DNA of 64,000 bases from Octopus bimaculoides (lineage: Eukaryota), in the NCBI RefSeq assembly GCF_001194135.2, contig NC_068981.1, forward strand, positions 53,547,355 to 53,611,354, given 5' to 3'. Both the position numbers and the translations under genes were made by a program. The notes beneath the pieces were generated by a model. The model did not search any database. It was given only the letters and a program-made list of their open reading frames with translations, and had not been told where the DNA came from. This document shows positions 13,363-25,900 of the stretch, one piece after another (positions within the stretch are counted from its first letter, which is position 1; each line of letters opens with the position of its first letter).

Positions 13363-13915
13363 CTCTTTTACTTACGCAAAAACGTCTGTGGCTCGTCAGT
13401 ACGACCGTTCTAATTCAATATAATTTGCAGAACTATACAGAACTATTCGGTGTTTGCCGAACTTTTTGTGGAGAACATGATTTTCTTTGTGGTTAGATCG
13501 TAGGTGATCTTTTTCTAGCATATCGGATGTCCACTTAGTGGTCATCCCTTCTTATACGCATGTAATACCATTCTTCTGAATTTTCAGATTTTTTTTTTAT
13601 ATGCTAGGCCACTGGTTTTATATTGCTGTTAATTAAATTAATATTCAATCTATCACCCTCCGTATATAAATATAAATTTTAAATATTTATGTTCTCTAAC
13701 CGGCAACATCCACTGCAGTGAATTATCTTCTGCAGAACTGTTTCCGGGATTTAGCGCGCCAGAACTGAGACATTTGAAAAAAACCCTCAATGTAATCGGT
13801 AGAACTATACGCACGTCAAACTTTATGAAGACAATTCGTGTATAGATCTGAAAATTATATTGAATTAGAACGGTCGTGCTGACGAGCCACGGACGTTTTT
13901 ACGTAAGTAAAAAAA
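13363..13915. mobile_element. MITE with ~60-bp terminal inverted repeats, TTAA at the left end (piggyBac-like); right end in a gap
   Basis: TTAA|CTCTTTTACTTACGCAAAAACGTCTGTGGCTCGTCAGTACGACCGTTCTAATTCAATATAATTT is mirrored at ~13850-13912. Confidence 0.7.
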
Positions 13916-14529
13916 NNNNNNNNNNNNNNNNNNNNNNNNNNNNNNNNNNNNNNNNNNNNNNNNNNNNNNNNNNNNNNNNNNNNNNNNNNNNNNNNNNNNN
14001 NNNNNNNNNNNNNNNNNNNNNNNNNNNNNNNNNNNNNNNNNNNNNNNNNNNNNNNNNNNNNNNNNNNNNNNNNNNNNNNNNNNNNNNNNNNNNNNNNNNN
14101 NNNNNNNNNNNNNNNNNNNNNNNNNNNNNNNNNNNNNNNNNNNNNNNNNNNNNNNNNNNNNNNNNNNNNNNNNNNNNNNNNNNNNNNNNNNNNNNNNNNN
14201 NNNNNNNNNNNNNNNNNNNNNNNNNNNNNNNNNNNNNNNNNNNNNNNNNNNNNNNNNNNNNNNNNNNNNNNNNNNNNNNNNNNNNNNNNNNNNNNNNNNN
14301 NNNNNNNNNNNNNNNNNNNNNNNNNNNNNNNNNNNNNNNNNNNNNNNNNNNNNNNNNNNNNNNNNNNNNNNNNNNNNNNNNNNNNNNNNNNNNNNNNNNN
14401 NNNNNNNNNNNNNNNNNNNNNNNNNNNNNNNGTGTGTGTGTGTGTGTGTGTGTGTGCGTGCGTGCGTGTGTGTGTGCGCGTGTGTGCGTGCGTAGTTACT
14501 CAGAAAAACAGAGATAATGTTCTTATCCT

Positions 14530-14870
14530 TCCGCTCTGGTGAGATCGGTGCAGTTGGTGTTTAGTTTGATCATCTTTAGGTCAACGTTTTTGGGAAAATG
14601 TAGCTAAGAATGGAATGCCAAAAGATACTGGGATAAACGATAAGACAAAGTGATTAATGCGATATTTCAGAAGTGATAGGTAGCAGCGAGATGAGCGAGT
14701 TGAGATATATGCGTGTTAGGTGTACCTGGGGGAAGAAAGTAGGTAGACATTTAGAAAAGGCAATAGGTTGAAGAGAAAGACAAAAAACAGCGCAACCAAC
14801 TGTAAGCTATTGATTGAAGTGCGTTGGCGATTGAGTCTTTGTTGAATGGCTTTATTTTAGTTATGGTCGT
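14530..14870 (-). mobile_element. Very degraded CR1/L2-type LINE 3' fragment
   Basis: Minus strand contains RINHFVLSFIPVSF, resembling the RT C-terminal SFxP motif also seen at 38130-38200. Confidence 0.3.
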
Positions 14871-15684
14871 GGATGTTTTTGTGGAGATTATTCAGACACA
14901 CCCTCGACAGCTTTTATTGAAAGATCACGGAAGAATAATAGCAAGAACTCCTGAAAGATTTAAAGTTTCACATGAAACGCTCAGTGAATGATATCTGTTT
15001 GCAATGGTTTCTATTGAAGGTTTGAATGGTAAAATGAGTGAAATATAATAAACAAAAAAACAAAATCACAAAAAAACAACAATAACAACACATGTCTAAC
15101 TTTAATAAAAAAAAAAAAGGCTTACAAATGAATATTGTTTAGAATTTATTCGCAACTATCTAAAATGAACCCAGACAAATAGATTAGAAAATACAACCTT
15201 AATGCGATCGGAAAAGACAAAACTATGTTTTGTTAAAAGTTATGCGATATAAGCGTGCTCAGAAGATTAAGAAGCTATTTATGAACGATGATCTTGAAGT
15301 AAAGTTTAGCGAAATGTAGAAATAAAATAGAAAAGCAAAAACCTGGGTTAAGTATATTTAGGTCACGATCGAAAAAGACACGAAAACTGAGAAAGTTGTG
15401 TGCATTATAGATAACTTTAAAGTTATTATTAAATATATACATCTAATAATTTGTAACCATCTAATCATTAGAGTGGGGAAGAATAATTAGTAAAGACATT
15501 CTTACACGCACATAAATATTCGTTTTCAGGAGTCAGTCAGAGGTGGAGGGGCAGTGTCGTTGACTGTTGCAAATTGAGTAATCGGATGAATTTTTCGCAC
15601 TTGCAGACTGTACATAGGTAGCTGATTACACAGTGTAATCAGTTCGGCCTCTCCTTTGTTCTAATATTGTCTTCGTATTTCGAG

Positions 15685-15723
<39 letters not shown>

Positions 15724-16976
15724 AGAAAGAGAGAGAGAGAGGGAGGGAGAAAGTGAAAGAGAGAAAAAGATAGAGATGATTTAGTGGATGCTTTTCCTCA
15801 TACATTCTGATTGACTCAAAATAGTAAACAATTGTGAATAAAACGCATTTTTTGTTATATTTTGAAAATAATTTGTACCATTGAAACAACATTTCTTTAT
15901 GCTTTTATAATTCTTTAAGAGTATTTTTATTATTAGCGAAATAATGAAGTAACAGTCTAAATGTCTGAGATTGAATTTTCGCGCCCATTAACATTTTGTT
16001 TAGAGTGTATGTTTACAATATTTATAGCTACATGATAGTTTGATTGTTCCAGGCTAACAATGTTCTTACCTTTCTGTAATTACATACTACTCATATATAA
16101 TAATCTTACCAATGAGCTAACGGATAAGAACGTTATTACGCTTAATTCAGAAATAAAGGTTCCTTGTTCGATTCAAGCCTAAGCCTGAGATTATATATAT
16201 ATTTTAGGAGTAAGACATTTGATGAGATTGTGAGACCAAAGTGATCAAAATGTAGATGTAAATATTGGAAATATACCTTCTAAAGATGAAATTAATAGTC
16301 TTCAGACTTGTAATCTTATGAATCTAATATGTGCTTTTACCATGATGCAATGGGTTTAATTTCAAATACGTAATTTCTCATCAAATTAATTGCCAAACAG
16401 CTGCAACTCAAGAAAGGTGTAGGGCAGGATTCATAACAGACGAACTGCAGACAGGAACTTCGCTGCGGGATAGCTAGGGAGTTGGTCGACAGCAAAGTGG
16501 ACTTCAAGATTGAGAAGAAATAATGTTAGCAATGAGCATTAACTGAATCTGAATTAACTAACTAATCAGAAATAACTGGCGACTTAAGCCCTGATGTACG
16601 TAAAGTAATAAACTTTTGACAAATATATTCTTGTCTCCACTAGTTTGTTGTGTATAGCTTAACAAAGCTATGAAGGTATAAATATTTTCCTAAATGAAGT
16701 AAAATTCATATTTAGGAATCTCTCAGCGTTATTCTTGACAATTTTGTATCTCCTTTTAATTAATTCTACCATATTTGACTAATAAAACAAATGTTCTTGT
16801 AAGATCTATAAAGCAGAGTCATGATCATCCTATCTTATGATAATTTCATACATGCATACGTACATACGTATGTATGTGTGTATGTATGTATATATATATA
16901 TGTAGGTAGGTAGGTAGGTAGGTAGGTAGGTAAGTAGTTATATATATGTGTACATGTATTCAAATTATAATTGCAG

Positions 16977-17111
16977 GTGATGTACGTCACAGCAACAAGT
17001 CCGTACATATTCATGCTAATTCTTCTAATCCGAGGAAGTTTGCTGCCAGGTGCAAAGGAGGGCATCATTTTCTACTTAAAGCCCAATTTTGAACGGCTTA
17101 AGGATATTCAG
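16977..17111 (+). CDS. SLC6 exon (TM5-EL3): [45 protein letters not shown]
   Basis: ttgcag acceptor, gtagaa donor, 135 nt, typical SLC6 TM5 sequence. Confidence 0.95.
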
Positions 17112-20100
17112 GTAGAAATCTTTCTTTCATCTTTTACAAAAATATTTGACTTCTTTTCACCCTCCTCTAATTTGCTATTTTCTTTCTCTTTCTCTTTCTG
17201 TCTTCCCAATCCTCCACTGTTTCTTTCTATCTATTCCATTCTCTTTATACTCCTCTATCGATCTTCTCTCTCATCACTTCACTCAGTGTCTATCTCTTTT
17301 CTTAATCATGTCGTCTCTTCCTTTTTATCTGACTAATAACCTTAAGATGGTGGTATCTTTTGGTTATCCAAAGTCGGAGATGGCATAGCTAACTAGACCA
17401 CTTGCTAACCGAACAAATGAGGTAAAGGACAGCCAAATTGTTTATTTCTTTCATTTTCGTATTTCTGTTTTAGGTGTGGGTGGATGCAGGATCGCAAATT
17501 TTCTTCTCCTACTCTATATCCCTCGGAGCCCTCACGGCATTGGGTAGCTACAATGTCTTCAGCCATAATTGTTTCAGGTAATTTATTTCTTGCCAGAGCC
17601 ATCAATGTTAATTTGGTCCTGTGCATTTAATACTTCTGGTAAGTTTATTATGCACTGGACATAACATACACGAAACGTGTTTTCAGATGGTTCCAGCTTT
17701 TATTTCATCTTACAAAAGACTGCAGTTTACTTCATTTTTATTATTATTTTTTAATGTTCATTTTTGTTTCAAGTTATTCAGTCAACTTCGTAGTTCTAAT
17801 TACTCTGGCTCTGATGTTATCTTCACAGAAGTTTTGTGAAAGAAGCATTTTTACACAGGCAGACATTTTTTCTTTTTTTTTTTTCGGTTGAAAAATATTG
17901 AATTTTTATATAGTATATATCGACATATTTTTACGTGCCCCATTTACTTAGCTTAATGAATGGAATATGAACGTTAAACTTTTTTCATTTATGAATGTCA
18001 TTCCTATTTTATGTATATGCGTATGTGCACGCGTGAGTATGTAGTGTGTGCATGTGATCTTGCGTGTGTATGTGATCGTACGTGTTTTTGTATGTGTGTG
18101 GAAAGATAGACCAAGAACGGTTGTTGGTAGTGAATAAATGATTAAAAATTATCTTAGTAACGTGGTATCTTTGTTATTAATTACACCACTTATTTCTGAA
18201 AGACAGAACAACTTAGGAAAAACAAAATTTGTAGGCAATGAACGGCGATTTGGACCTTTCGAGCTGTTTGGCATAAACGGCAAATATATATATAACATTA
18301 CATGATGCTTGCCACAAATTTTTAGAAACGGACTTTTAAATTTATTGGCTTCAATTCACTAAAAATTTCATCTGTTTATATAATTATACTATTTTGAATT
18401 TCACCTTAATTTAACAGATTGTATTGAAATATTTTGCAAAAAAAGTTTAATGATACAAAGAGGAAATGTTTTGATGGGAGACATCAGACAAATTACAATA
18501 GGATAATGCAGCAGTTAGACTTTGGTGACAGAACTCCAAAATATCTTTTCATTGAACAGGTTTCACAAAATTTCTAATAAATATAACACAGACTACATTA
18601 ACATTAATAATAATATTGACAAAATATGCTCTAGTGTTTTGGTTGCGGAAAGGCAGCATTGATAAACTACAAAAATTTAAGCAATTGGAATGAATATCTA
18701 GATACTCTTATGCACTTCATCACTATTTTATGACAAGTATTTTATTCCATTTACATCTCGGACGTCTCATCTATTTCAATTGGAAAATATATGAAGAAAT
18801 TTGTGGTTGTTTCTACTATAGAGCATGAATGCCTGCATTATAATTAAATTCCAAAGCAAGTTCCCGCAAATCACTACAACGAGTCTGTGCGTTTAGGGTG
18901 TGAGCTGCGTTGCAATTGCGGGATCTATTTTAAAACGGGGGCCACATTTTTCATTAATGTTTTACGTAGTGTTTTTGGTACGGAAAGACTTTCAAACTTC
19001 GTATACTTATCTATTTTGTGTTATAGAACAGAAAAATATTTTTGTATTCGAATTTATTTCATGTAAAAAATTGTCTTATTTCGATAATTTCTACCAATCA
19101 CTGACAAGTATTCAGTTGTTTACATTTACTCCTTTGGCTGATTAAGCGATGTAAAGCGTATTTAATCTCCATACCTTCGTTTTATTTGCTTTTTTCATTT
19201 TAAATTTGCTTTAACCCTAACCCTAGGGTTAGGGTTAGGGTTAATTGTTTCAGAATCGTTTGTTTATGTAGTCGGCACTTAATGTACATCGGCTGAATGG
19301 ACGTCAGTGATTGGTTGAAATTACAGAAATACGACAACTTTCACATGGAATAACTTATGGATTTCTTTTTTTTTTTAAGAAGACTAAGAGAAAAAAGATG
19401 TTTTGTATGACACATTCTACCAGTGTTCCAAGTTTCAAAGTGTTTCGTTAATGAAAAATGTGGCCCCCGTTTTAAAAAAAATCCCAATTGCGGAGTCTTT
19501 TGTGTTTTCGGTAGGGTGTAACACGTAAGAGCACAAAAATTGTTAATTTAGCCACAAATTCAATTAGTAAAATTATGCTTAGACTGAACTAGCAGTTCTA
19601 CGAACGTAGTGGAGCGATTCAGATCAGACAAAAGTTATTCAGATTGATTATACAGCTCAGTAACTCGTTAGTTATTCCAAGGACATTCTGTCATATAACC
19701 TTTTAACATTGAAAGAGCTGTGTTTTCCAGTTTTATGAGTTTGTGTAGCTTAAGGCAAAACGAGGGAGTGACAATAGCAGTATAAACTTTACAACATATA
19801 CATTACTTGGTGGTTCACTGGTTCTTTTGATTTCGAAAATGATTCTCATATGACACTTGTCTGGACTAGTTTTTAAGCTGAATGTTAGAGCTTTGAAATG
19901 TTCTATTTTTTAAAAAAAAAGCAAAACAAATAAATGTATTCTAAAAATTAGGGCCAATTTAAAAATAAATATTGAGTTAAATTATAAGAAATTTGAAACT
20001 GAATTGTTGTGTGTGTTGTGAAAATGAACTAGTCAATAACAAGTGCTAATACGTAAAACCATTCAAATAAAAAGATCATATCAACAGTAAACAACAAATA

Positions 20101-22193
20101 TTAGATATATAAAATATAGTTCTAATAATACTTATTGTTGAGGGTTACTGAAATCATGCTCATCAAAAATAATTCATTTCAGCTTAATGGAAAATATTCT
20201 TAAAGATTATCTATAAGACTGAAAATCATTTGTTTTGTATAGGTATACAAAACATGAAGAACTAGTATTGAACTTTTTAGTCTCGTATAGCTTAAGAAAT
20301 AAGTTCAATTAAAAAGTATAAAAATTCTTTTGCATGGCTTAGTTAGAGAAAGAAGGGTAGCATTTATCACCCTTTTCAGAGTCTCCAACACAGGTCCAGG
20401 AAAGCTATCCTCTAACTGGAACCCTGTTTCCAACTATAAGTATCCAAAGACTAGGGCTAGGTGGTGGTGTTAAACCAGGTGGTGGTGTTTGTGTTTTGAA
20501 GGCTCATATTCCAGTGGTTAGGTGCTTGATTCACGATCATAAGGCCATAGGCTCTATTTCTGGACCGGAATGGAGTAAGGAGGTGCTATTGTGTCTTGGA
20601 GTAAGCCACGTCATTTCACGCTGCTCCAGTTTACTTAGCTGAAAATGAGTTCCAATCAATAGATTGCGGGTACATCCTTCTGTATCTCCAGCTGTCACAT
20701 CGCAGATGTTCCACTGAGTAAAGGATGTAAGGAACAAGAGGGTGACTATGCTTCTGACTACATAGACATCTTAAACAATTGGCGAAAGTGTTGTACAAGC
20801 TACCATGCGATATTTACTTGCAAATATCAGCTAATTTTACACACACACACATACATACACACACATCTTTTTAAGATTTGTTGTGTAAAGCCGAAACGCT
20901 GCGAGAAGATATAAAGTAATCAAAAAAAACAAAAATATTGCATTACTCTATATTTCTATATTTCGAAGCTATGACCCCTTCTTCAAGACATTTAGAAAAG
21001 CGAGGGAAGGAAAAGGTCGTTGTTCAGACGTACACACACACACGCACGCACACATACATACATACATACATANNNNNNNNNNNNNNNNNNNNNNNNNNNN
21101 NNNNNNNNNNNNNNNNNNNNNNNNNNNNNNNNNNNNNNNNNNNNNNNNNNNNNNNNNNNNNNNNNNNNNNNNNNNNNNNNNNNNNNNNNNNNNNNNNNNN
21201 NNNNNNNNNNNNNNNNNNNNNNNNNNNNNNNNNNNNNNNNNNNNNNNNNNNNNNNNNNNNNNNNNNNNNNNNNNNNNNNNNNNNNNNNNNNNNNNNNNNN
21301 NNNNNNNNNNNNNNNNNNNNNNNNNNNNNNNNNNNNNNNNNNNNNNNNNNNNNNNNNNNNNNNNNNNNNNNNNNNNNNNNNNNNNNNNNNNNNNNNNNNN
21401 NNNNNNNNNNNNNNNNNNNNNNNNNNNNNNNNNNNNNNNNNNNNNNNNNNNNNNNNNNNNNNNNNNGTATATATGAAATCTTTAGCAAAACATTTTCTTC
21501 CAGAAGAGAAACTGTGTTGAATTTAACAATTTAAAATGAATTTGAACCCGTTATCTGTACATATAAATAGATGTAATGTCCATTCCTAATAAAACAAATT
21601 ATTAACAAAATTACTTTCTATTTCACCCAATTATTACCATAATTTGAATAATTTCCAAACAAAATGAAACGAAGGAAGTAAGTTCATGAATTCAAGTGCT
21701 TGTAGTAAAATTCTAGAATATTCAATAACAAAAACCAACTAAAGATTCAGCAGATTTTGTCATATTCTAATACAAAGTAAACTTTATATAATAGTTACTG
21801 TGAATTCCGGATAATGTATTCAGTTAAGATACCCTAAATCTTATGGATGGACTCATGCTTGAAATTCTAATTATGCAAATAGAAACTCTAGATTAAAATC
21901 TTTATCTATATGACATACTTAACGTACGTATATCATTGGAAAGTCAGAAGCTGCAATGGTTGTCCCGAAAAAGATCCGTTTACAGACGTTAAAAACACAG
22001 TGTACTCCAGAGCGAGACGAAACGAACTCGTCACAGAAGCGACCTTGAGAGTGACGAATTTTATTATTTTTGAATATCTAAAGAAACCTACGTAGTACAT
22101 TATACAGAAAATACATATCTTAATCAAACTGTTATCCTAGATGTTAGCTCAAATTTGAAATCACGATATGAAATAGATTCTTTTTTTATTTTC

Positions 22194-22224
<31 letters not shown>

Positions 22225-22914
22225 TGGTTTGTTTTCAATCACATGGTTTGGGGTTTAGTCCCACGGCGCGTACCTGTAGCAATTATCTTTAGCTTCTTTA
22301 GCCCCGGGCGACCAATACTTTCGTGGGTGAATTTAGTCAATGGAACTTGTACAGAAGCCCGTTGGGTGTATGTGTGTGCGCGCGCATGCGTGCGTAAGTG
22401 TGTGTGTGAGCGTGCGAGCGTTTTTGTTTTTTGTGTTTGTCTTTCATCACTTGACAATCGATGTTGTTTGTTTAGGTCAGCAAAAAGAGGTCAGCGGAAC
22501 GAAACGTATAGAGTAAGAGACTTAAAATAAATAGTAGGAGTCGATTTAATCGACTAAACCGTTCAAAGCGGCGCCCCAGAATGGCCGCGATCTAATTACT
22601 GAAACAAGTAAAAGTATAACGGAATATACTCTTCATCAGTGAACGCATGGAAAATGCTGAAGATTACAAACTATAGAAGTAGATGAATTTCCTGGTCGAT
22701 AAGAAATGAGAAGCAGTCAGCTTTTTGTTGACGTTTTTCTAGAGTAAATGAATATCTCTTTAATCACTTCCAGATTGTAAAGATGGGGAATCATCTCATT
22801 ATTCCTTTGTTATCAAACACTCCAGTTATTTCATCAACTATAAATATATCGGAGTCTATTCAGCTTGCTTTTATATTTTGTATGTATGCGTGTGTTTGTG
22901 TGTGTGCGTGCATG

Positions 22915-22957
<43 letters not shown>

Positions 22958-25900
22958 NNNNNNNNNNNNNNNNNNNNNNNNNNNNNNNNNNNNNNNNNNN
23001 NNNNNNNNNNNNNNNNNNNNNNNNNNNNNNNNNNNNNNNNNNTGTGTGTGTGTGTGTGTGTGTGTGTGTAAGTGTGTGCACGCGTGTATATGAAAATTAA
23101 CATTTTTTTACTAGTTGAAACCCCATTCATGTGACATATAGTCATATACGTATGAACTTTATTTACATTTAGCGGATATTTAATATATCTAACAAAGTTA
23201 CAAACACCAATTTTACTATTTTCTATTAGGTCATTGCCTCAGTGTTACATTGCAATATCGAGAGACAAAAATTCGTTGTTGTATTTGGTGTCTTTCTCCC
23301 TTTAAAATCGGAGTTTGCATTCTGCCAAGTTAGCTTTGCTGTTTATCTTTCGAGAATTGACAAAATACAAATAGTAGAGAAGTACTGAGGTTGATTTGAC
23401 CATCTACACATTTTCCCATGTGATAAATTTAGGAATCGCTAATTGCAAAGAGTATTTAAAGGTGAACCTGTTGCCTGTGGGGTTGCTATGAAAATCATAC
23501 TGTTGATGCTGAATGCAGAACTGTTTATTATACAGACAAATGCTTATATGGCTATATGTGAGTGTGTGCATATAGAGACTAAAACTAAGGCCGTCACTCG
23601 TAATCAATGATGGTTTGGTAGCATGTACGATGCTTTCACTAATTGTTTTAGGTGCTCGTGTGTTCGCGAGCTTCTCGACTCTCCCAGCTTTCACACAGTG
23701 AATTATACAAGTTGTAACAGCTGGAGAGAGAGAGGGGGTGGGGACATGACTGTACCAATACTGGTACTTTTTTTATTGATCTCGAAAGGATCGAAGGTGA
23801 AGCTGGAATCAATAAAATTTGAACTCAGAGAGTAGATAAGCGAAACAAATATTGCACCTCCATGGTGTCCAGTGTTCAAAATGCTTTCCATTCACTGAAC
23901 GAGGTGCGTTCAAAAAGTATCTGATTTTATTTTTCCCACCAAAACTAATGCCACGTGGGTAAGATCCTTTGGGTGGAAGGTTACCCCACTCTGTCTACGC
24001 ATGCGTAAAAATGTTCACACCGGTAAGCCGCGTCAGTTGCCGGCTGTTACATCTAAAGTATAGATGAATATGCGCTCGTCGGATTTTCGGGGCGAAAATT
24101 TTAACACATGCCCAGGAAAGGTGGCGTCACCTCCTACCTAAAGGATTTTGCCCACGTGGCATTAGTTTCGGCGGGAAAAAATGAAGTCAGATGCTTTTTG
24201 AACGCACCTCGTATATGTCATAAACCTAAATTTGTACTCTGTTACAAATGTCGTGTTATGGCTTCGCGTAAACCGCTTACATGTACTACGCCCAAATTGG
24301 ATCAGATGTATAAATATTTTCTTCATAAATTACAATGAAATAGCCAAATAAGAATTCGAAAGCTTAAGAAATTCTCGATCGTTATCATTCGAGATGAACA
24401 AACTGTGTATATTATTATCAAATCCTTTATGTGCGTAGTTTTGTGTAAGTTGAGGGGTAGGGGGATAAGTTTGAATTATATTAAATTCAAATATCTTTGA
24501 ATTTACTATGTCTATGATTGTCTTTGTGATTGCTTTATAATCTCTCATTTTTGTGAAATTTTCTAAGTTGATTGATTCCATTCGGAATCAAACATATACT
24601 GAACGCTTGAGTGTAGATATTCAGCATAATATTTAGATATATACACTCAATCACAGTTAGACATATACATGCACACGCACACTCATACACGTCGTCTAAT
24701 ATTCATCGGTCTATTTTCCAATCACTTTCTCTGAACCCTCACTACGTTCAGTAGAATTCGCCGAACACCCGTCATTTAGAGAAAATCTTTCTTTTATATC
24801 TCTGTATCGCTGTTTGCCATCTGTATTTGTCTGCTATGAACCTATAATAGTTCATGCTAGATATAAACGGAAGAAAAATGCGTTAGCCAAATATATATAT
24901 ATATATATATANNNNNNNNNNTAGTCATAAGTGTACATTACTTATTACTAACTCAAAGTAAGTATTTATTTACTTTTTAATTATATGCAATCATATCTCA
25001 GGATCCTCTTTTCCATTTTTGGAATGTATCTTTTTTTTTTTTTTTTTTGGTTAATTTTTGTTTTGTGTGTCTATTAAATTGTTCAGTTTGAGTACACAAT
25101 TTCGACTCCTGTCTCCAAAAAAAGACGCCGAAGAAATTGGAGAGGAGTTAAACCAGAACGCTGAAGGAGGTAAGCAAATGGTGAGATCAAGTGTGCTATA
25201 TTTTTACGGATAAATATTTTCAAAATATGGCTTCCCGTATTGAGCATAGTACTTTCTTTCAACTGCAGAAGACTGGATTTTGAAAAATAAAAGAAAATGT
25301 ATAATCTGTTGAACCTTCAAGTGACCCAAGCAGTTTTTCATCTCATATTCATTTTGTCTTTATAAATGTCATCTTCGTCACCTTTGAGATTACCGCTCTA
25401 TTCAGATATATATTTAATGTTGACTTAAGATTAGTAAATCAATGTAAGATATTGAGAATTTTAATCCTACTCCAAGTCAGAGTCGGTCACACCTGAGACG
25501 TAACTATCTGAGATATTATCTAGCCATCTTTCTCTGAGCTTTTCCTATGTAGTATCATTCATACTATCAATAGTTATGTTACACTAAGTACTAAATCACT
25601 TTTCTTCTTTGAATATGTTAATATTTGAAATAAATAATTCTATTCTTCATTTGTAATCCCTTTGAATCGTGTAATATCATTTCTAGTTTTGTTCTTTCTC
25701 ATCTTCCCTTAAAGACTTGATCTTAATAGAATTAGATTATTTTCAACAGTCAGAGAAAACATGAATGAAAATCGATCATCGGTACAGTACTAGTAGTTAG
25801 AATTTTAATTTAAAATAATTTTACAGTAATATTGAAATTATTATTACTGTTTTTGTTTTGTTATTTTTTGTAACAGGCAACTGTAATTATCACACGAGTG

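Noticed and set aside
19212-19240. True chromosome end or ancestral chromosome-fusion site
   Set aside because: Only about five repeat units, enclosed in TIRs inside an intron; better explained as part of a mobile element.
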